Source: Thecamonas trahens ATCC 50062 (Eukaryota; Protista; Apusomonadida). From it: DNA of 64,000 nt. The stretch covers positions 124,001 through 188,000 of the forward strand of contig NW_013657648.1 of assembly GCF_000142905.1 (NCBI RefSeq), given 5' to 3'. Shown here in pieces: positions 58,320 through 64,000 of the stretch. Every line of letters begins with the position of its first letter. Within the stretch, counting starts at the first letter, position 1. The position numbers and the translations under genes are program-made. A model generated the notes under the pieces. It ran no database searches and was not told the DNA's origin. It saw nothing but the letters and a program-made list of their open reading frames with translations.

Positions 58320-60535
58320 TCAGCCTATCAGCGACGACGAGGCAAGCGCCTCGCGGACATGGCGGCGCCAAACCGAGCGGATGTTGGAGAGCCACTCCTC
58401 ACGAATAGTCTGTGTCTTGGCAGCGAGGACCCAGGTGACCTCCGAGCCGCTGCGCCGGTCGACAAGCTTGAACTTGGCATACTCGGACTCGGACTCGGGA
58501 TCCTCCATGGGGATTTCCGAGACGAGCGAGAGCGACGGCGGCGGGATGACGCCGTTGGCGTGGGCCTCGGCACGAAAGGCAACCGCGACCGCAGCGAGGT
58601 CTGCCATGGGAAAAACGGCCTGGACAACAAGACGCTCGCCACCGCTCCGCGACTTGGTCACCACCAGCATGTCGTTGAAGAGGAGGCAGTACCGCCGCTG
58701 ATAGCGGATGTAGGTCTCGACGCGGAGCCACGACTCGACAACCAGCCGCCGGCCGCTGACCGCCAGATGATCGCCGGGCAGACCAACCATGTGCGACTCG
58801 AGGAGCTTGACTCTCCGCCAGTTCTTCTCCTGCCGGTCGACAAAGTGCGCGACCTCGGTGGTCTGGACCAGCGCCGAGCAGAGCGCGGGGTAGTCCGGAT
58901 GCGACGGCCGGGTGTGGTCAACAAGCGAGGCCAGAAGCAGCGGGTAGCGCATGATCCGCTGGACCGGCTGCAGAAGAAACGATGAAAACGGGAGGAGGCC
59001 GCCGCGGTTGGCATCGGCTCGAAACGCCTCGGCGTAGCTTGCAAACACCGGGTCGTCGGCCACCAGTCTGTTGAACGTTGCGAGTGCGTCGTCGTAGCCC
59101 AGCACAAACTGAGTGTACCGCCGGAACAGCTCGGCCTTGCCCAGAAACACATCGCCAACACACGACGCCACGTTCCAACTCTCGATTCGAGCCCGAAGCG
59201 ACCGCGCAATTCCGACGTGGATGTCGATGAGCTCGGCCAGGTTCGAGGCAAGCGTCTTCAGGTCCTCGATCGGGATGCTCGGCACAGCCGGAGCGCCCTC
59301 AGCAGGCGCCCCAGGCATGAGTGCAGCGTGTCGCGACAGCACTGGCGCCGCCACTGCCGCCGCCAGGCCTGGTACAAATGCGACGCGCAGAAACGGCGAG
59401 TCGGCCGCCTGCCGCAAGACCGCAGGAATCTGCAGCGGCTCCAGAAACGACCGCATCTTGTCGAGGGCCGCCACATACGCCTCCTCAGTCGTCAGCATCT
59501 CGGTCGCGATGTTCTTCCGCTTGGTGGCGTACTTTTCAAATTCGGCCGCTGACCGGAACTCGGCCCGCAGCGACTCGAGCACAACCGAGCTCTCACCGAG
59601 CTCGGCGTTGGACGAGAAGGAGTGCGTCCGCATGCCAAGCCCGGATCCGTCGCCGCTCGCAGCGCCACACTCTTCCGCAGCCAGGGCGGCCGCACGCGAT
59701 CGCGGTCTGGTTGGCGCGGCAAGGTAGCCGGCTTGATCATCAAGGTCGTCTCCCGCAGCGACGGTTTCGTCGGCAGCAGCCGAGGCATTGCAGCTAGTGC
59801 GGTCACGGCGGCGGGCGGCAATAGCGCCCAGAATAGCCTCACGGTGGGTAACGTCCGCAATGCCGATGGCTTCCAAATCATCCTCAGTCAGGTGCTCCAG
59901 CCTGGCAGTGCCCGAGCCGGCCGAGAGCAGGAGCGCAAAGTACTGGCCCATGTCGATCGATTCCAGAAAGTCGCTCAGCTCCTTGTTGGATGCTGCCACC
60001 TGCTCGGCCGCCACCTTGAGCGACTTTCCAAACAGCCGGCGCCGAGCCTTGCGGACGGTGAGCCGGAGCTGGACAACGGCTGCAAACGAGAGCTGGCTCT
60101 GTGGCTGCTCGCCGGCCAGTGGCGTGTCGGATCCAGAGCCAGACTCTCCCTCACTTGCCAGTGCCGCCGCCGCCTTTGCCACTGCCACTGCCGCTGCCGC
60201 CAGCTCTGATGGGCGGCGACCCGACTGTGGCGGGGCTGAGTCGGGCACCGGCGGCGGCAGGCCACCATCGTCATCATCGTCGTCCCAGATAGAGCCTGAA
60301 ACAGAGTCAGATCCTGAGACAGAGCCCGAGACAGAGCCCGAGGCCGAGGCCGAAGCCGATGCCGATGCCGATGACGCATACAGCACCAGCTGGTCGTCGT
60401 CGTCGTGGCAGTACTCTGACGATGACTCTGAAGCTGAGTCCGCGTCGGGGCCAAGTGCGACGGAGCGTGCGAGGTCGGAGGAGGGGCAGGCGGCGGGAGG
60501 TCTGGCAGGGGCGGGGTGGCTCTTGACCTGTCCAT
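58320..60535 (-). CDS. Dbl-family RhoGEF (SAM-DH-PH)
   Basis: SAM LSDFLESIDMGQY...LTEDDLEAIGIADVTHREAILGAI; DH KRKNIATEMLTTEEAYVAAL...FLLQPVQRIMRYPLLL...HPDY; PH RYCLLFNDMLVVTK...REEWLSNI. Start inferred at ATG 60535 with a -1 shift near 60477; alternatively an acceptor CAG nearby. Confidence 0.88.
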
Positions 60536-60699
60536 GACGTAGTTGGTGGTGTGTGTGGGTGGTGGGGGGGGGGGGAGGAGGGGAGGGGGAGGGGGAGGGN
60601 NNNNNNNNNNNNNNNNNNNNNNNNNNNNNNNNNNNNNNNNNNNNNNNNNNNNNNNNNNNNNNNNNNNNNNNNNNNNNNNNNNNNNNNNNNNNNNNNNNN

Positions 60700-61233
60700 G
60701 CGGCACAAGCTGACGTTTTCGCTCCAGCTCGCACTCAAGGTGGCCCAGGATGCCGTGCCAGGCGAGCAGCTCGACTTTTCCTCAAGGGCAACATTTCGCT
60801 GCAAAAGTCGGAGCGGACCAATGTGCTTGAGTGGCTGCCTGCGCGTGGATGGGAGGATCTGCAGCGGCTGGAGCGGCTCGGTGGCGTGTTTGAGGCCGTG
60901 GTCGACGCGGTGGTGGAGAACGCGGACGCGTGGCACTCGTGGTACATGTCCGAGGCACCGGAAGAGGTCGAGGAGCTGCCTGGCGGATGGGGGCACGAGG
61001 CGAACGAGTTTGAGCGGCTCTGCCTCTTGCGGTGCTTCCGAACCGACCGGGTGTATGTGGGCGTCTCGCGGTTTGTGGTCTCGCAAATGGGCGAGCGGTA
61101 TGTGCAGCCGCCGGTGGTCTCGATCAAGTCTGTGTTTGACCAGTCAACGCCGACTGCGCCGATTGTGTTTGTGCTCTCCCCCGGCTCGGACCCGTACGCT
61201 GACCTGTCCAAGCTCGCGGACGAGCTCGACTTT
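60700..61233 (+). pseudogene. DNAH10: Isolated internal fragment of axonemal inner-arm dynein heavy chain (DNAH10 / I1-alpha type); likely misassembly or relic
   Basis: RHKLTFS...LDF[F]LKGNISLQK...GWEDL...LLRCFRTDRVY...MGERYVQPP...QSTPTAPIVFVLSPGSDP (start of AAA6). Bounded by a 100-N gap and a poly-C run; -1 shift at TTTT 60776-60779. Confidence 0.8.
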
Positions 61234-61357
61234 CCCCCCCCCCCCCCAACTCCCGCGGGGGGGTACCTCGCCCTAGAAGTGGCTGGGGGTGGCTGGGGGT
61301 GGCTGGGGTAGCCCGTGTCGTACTCGGCACGGACCGGACACAGCCACAGACTCGTAC

Positions 61358-61362
61358 ACACG

Positions 61363-61409
<47 letters not shown>
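61358..61409. repeat. (CA)n microsatellite
   Basis: Directly visible, immediately upstream of ATG 61424. Confidence 0.9.
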
Positions 61410-61412
<3 letters not shown>

Positions 61413-61423
61413 TACATCTCCAG

Positions 61424-61909
61424 ATGGCAACGACAAAGGTGCCCGTGGCCGGTGGCAATGGGTGGGTGGCGGCGGTGGCAGTCGATGGTGAGACAGGCGC
61501 CCCGTCGCAGGCGGCGCTGCAGGCCATGGCCGAGGCTGAGGGCATGGTGATGGAGGACGAGGAGGCGGTGCTGACGGCGGCCGGTGCGCCCGATGGCACT
61601 CCGCTGGCAGATGTGCTGGCCTTTTCCTGCACTCCACACTCGTACGCCATCCCGGCTGTTCTGGCCGTCCTGGCCGGCTCAGCGTGCTTTGAGATCCTTG
61701 CTCCCTCAGGCGCCCGCCATCGCGTCGCTGCCGCAGCCGGCGACGTCATCGGCATCGGCGCAGGCGTGCTGCACACGATGGAGGTGCCCGGCTTGGAAGC
61801 TGGTGAGTTTGAGGCGCTCGTCACTCGATCTATGTTTGTGGGCGAGTCGCTGCCGGGGCCGGAGGCTCAGAACCCGACAATGGGCGCATGGCCGTCGCCG
61901 TCATCATGA
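61424..61909 (+). CDS. Small cupin-fold protein, acireductone dioxygenase-like but degenerate
   Basis: PHSY...VLAGSACFEI...HRV...GDVIGIGAGVLHTM matches cupin motifs 1 and 2 as spaced in ARD (HxH...ILxGxGYFDV...WIRI...GDLIxLPAGIYHRF). Confidence 0.6.
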   Translation: MATTKVPVAGGNGWVAAVAVDGETGAPSQAALQAMAEAEGMVMEDEEAVLTAAGAPDGTPLADVLAFSCTPHSYAIPAVLAVLAGSACFEILAPSGARHRVAAAAGDVIGIGAGVLHTMEVPGLEAGEFEALVTRSMFVGESLPGPEAQNPTMGAWPSPSS

Positions 61910-61947
61910 TGTTACAAGGAAGGAGGAGAGAGGCTGGACTGACTAGT

Positions 61948-63571
61948 CTAGGCGCGCCGGCGGCGGAAGAAGAACAGCGCGGCGACAGCGGATGCGACGA
62001 TGGTAGTGAGCGACGACGCCACAAGCGCGCCGCGGATAAACCCGGCCGAGTCGGCGCTGACCACCGCCGCCAGGTGCTCGGCCTCGGTAAAGGCAAACTC
62101 GCGCTCCATGGAGGCCTGCTCGTCGTGCAGGTCGCGGATGCGGGTGATGACAAGCTCCAGCTCGCCCTCGAGCTTGGAGGCTCGCAGTTCCGAAGCTGCA
62201 AGCGCGTCGTGGGTCGCCTCGAGCTCGGCAGACGTCCGCGACAACGTGTCCTCCAGCGACGCAATCTGCTCGCTCTGCTCCTTGTTGGGAAGCGCGAGCT
62301 GAATGGAGAACTCGGCAGCGGCATCCTCGGCGGCAGCCAGCTGCTTCTGAGTCTCGGCCAGCCGCTCGGCAAGCGCGCCGGCGTCAGCAGTGGTTGCCTC
62401 AAGCTGCGCACTGAGCTCGGCAACCTTGGCCTCGGCCTCGGCCAGCGCCACCGCCCGCCCAGCCCCGTCGTCCTCACCCTCACGACTGCGGATGTTCTCC
62501 AGCAGCTGCGACTGCGATGCAATCTCGGCCTTGGCCGCGCTCAGCTGGTCGGAGAGAAGGCACGAGTTGCGCGACATCGAGTACACCTTGCGCTGCTCCT
62601 GTGCGAGCTGGTGCTCCAGCGCCTCACGCGCCGCAACCTCGGCAGCCAGTTCGCCGGCGGTCGTCTCGGCCTCGGCAAGCTGTGCCTTGATCGCTGCTAG
62701 CTCAGCCTCGGCAGCATCCCGGGCCTCCAGGGCGCTCGCCAGCTCGGCTGCTACCTCGATCGGCGGCGTAACCAAAATGGCCGAGCCGTCGCCAGACTCA
62801 TCGGCCGACTCGGTTTCGGTCTCATCGGCGTCGGCATCGGCAGCAAGGACGGCCTCCAGGTCGACCACCTTCTTGCGGAGTGTGCCCAGTTCGGCCTCGC
62901 GCTCGTTGAGCTTGCCCAGCAGCCGCCGAAGCTCGCGCTTCTTGGCCGCATACTTTGACCGGAGCTTCGAGTTGTCAGCCTCGAGCGCCTTGGCCGCTTT
63001 GACCATGTTCTTGGTCCCGGCCTTGTACGCCTGCACCTGCTGCTGCAGGTTCTTCAACGTATCCTGCAGATTCAGATGGCGCTCCCGCAGTCGCATCGCC
63101 TCCCCACTCTGCCATCACCCGCCCATAGTGAGTCGTTCACTCCCCACAACCGCTGCCCGCAGCCAATGCCGTCGACTACCCTGCTCGAGCCACACTTTGT
63201 GCCGTATGAAAATTTCAAATGTTTTGGCTAACGGCCGGCCGCCCAGCCGAGTGCCAGCCACCGCCAGGGACATGCAGAAGCGGCAGGAAAGGGGAAGATG
63301 GAGGAGAGGAGGGCAAACTGTACATGGGGAATATAGGGGGGGGGAGGGGGGGGGGAAGGATTGTGTGTGTGTGGCGTACAGTGAGCGAGACGTTCGAGTC
63401 GTCCAGGGTGGCCATGGGCGAGTCAAAGTCAAAGGCTTTGATGGGTGAGGGCATGGAGGGGAGGTCGATGTCGGCAAAGACGGCCATGCATGGCGTCGTG
63501 GGTGTTCCGGGCTCCACAAGGGAGTTGTTGACGGAAGAAGAAGCGGAAATGTCCGCAAGCGGTGACTCCAT
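61948..63571 (-). CDS. Tail-anchored coiled-coil protein; exons 63571-63380 (or from ATG 63613) and 63108-61948
   Basis: Intron GTACGC(63379)...GACTCAC...CAG(63109) joins NVSLT-SGEAMRLRE in phase 0. Long coiled coil and C-terminal TM GALVASSLTTIVASAVAALFFF followed by RRRRA-stop. Confidence 0.75.
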
Positions 63572-64000
63572 CGTCTGTCTCTCGCGAAACGAGTGCGGTG
63601 TGTAGCTCTTCATCCCTCCCTCGCCCCTTCCCGCTCCGCCCCATCCCCCTACCACCGCCCACGAGCATCAATAGCTTAGATGAGGCAGGCGCCTGGAACC
63701 AGGCCACTCCATCAACCGCCATCTCGATTTATCACACAACATCAGACCAATCTAGCGTCTCGACATGCACAAGGAGGTTGCTACACAACTCCCTTTCAGG
63801 TTGATTTCTTTTTCCCTATCCCCATCGCCTCATCCCAACATAGCGTCCGATGGAACGTTTGCTTCGCATCGGCCATTGTCCGCTGATCTCACGCATGACA
63901 GAAAAAGGAGCTCCTCCTACGCCACCCGTAGAGCACTTGAAGCCTTTATCGCCTTGCTTTGAGCCATTGGACGCAAGTACAGTGGTCTGCAAAGACTATG

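Noticed and set aside
3126-61233. Functional clustering of ciliary genes (CFAP54, CPLANE2, DNAH10) or RNA-processing genes (UTP11, EDC4, CPSF2)
   Set aside because: These categories are large in a flagellate genome and the dynein piece is probably misplaced. No shared regulatory evidence is visible beyond adjacency.
1-64000. tRNA, rRNA, transposase, reverse transcriptase or viral genes; stop-codon reassignment
   Set aside because: None recognised by eye. TAA, TAG and TGA all terminate recognisable genes, and no conserved domain contains an in-frame stop.

Overview
GC-rich, gene-dense, intron-poor eukaryotic nuclear DNA from a flagellated protist. It carries CFAP54, CPLANE2/RSG1 and a DNAH10 fragment together with animal-like Rho signalling genes; an apusomonad such as Thecamonas is my inference, not something the sequence proves. 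It is a draft assembly with N gaps at about 3986-4085, 27204-27303, 30261-30991, 34179-35023, 38847-38946, 52984-53917 and 60600-60699. About 24 protein-coding loci are visible. Recognisable ones: FAM13-like RhoGAP, CFAP54, RBR E3 ligase, TMEM185-like RING protein, CPLANE2, SH3-PH-PH protein, UTP11, EDC4, CPSF2, MFS transporter, ZNF277, CH-CH-PH-LRR protein, SAM-DH-PH RhoGEF, a DNAH10 fragment and a degenerate cupin. Several WD40 and coiled-coil proteins are unassigned. Three window-wide patterns stand out. (1) Ten to twelve genes/sites are broken by same-direction -1 frameshifts at short homopolymers, probably sequencing under-calls but worth excluding recoding. (2) Each spliced gene has one 5'-proximal intron, mostly with a GTACGT donor, a CTNAC branch site and a G/T-rich rather than pyrimidine-rich acceptor region. 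(3) Convergent genes have stop codons 0-84 nt apart. Family assignments come from motifs I recognise, not from database searches.
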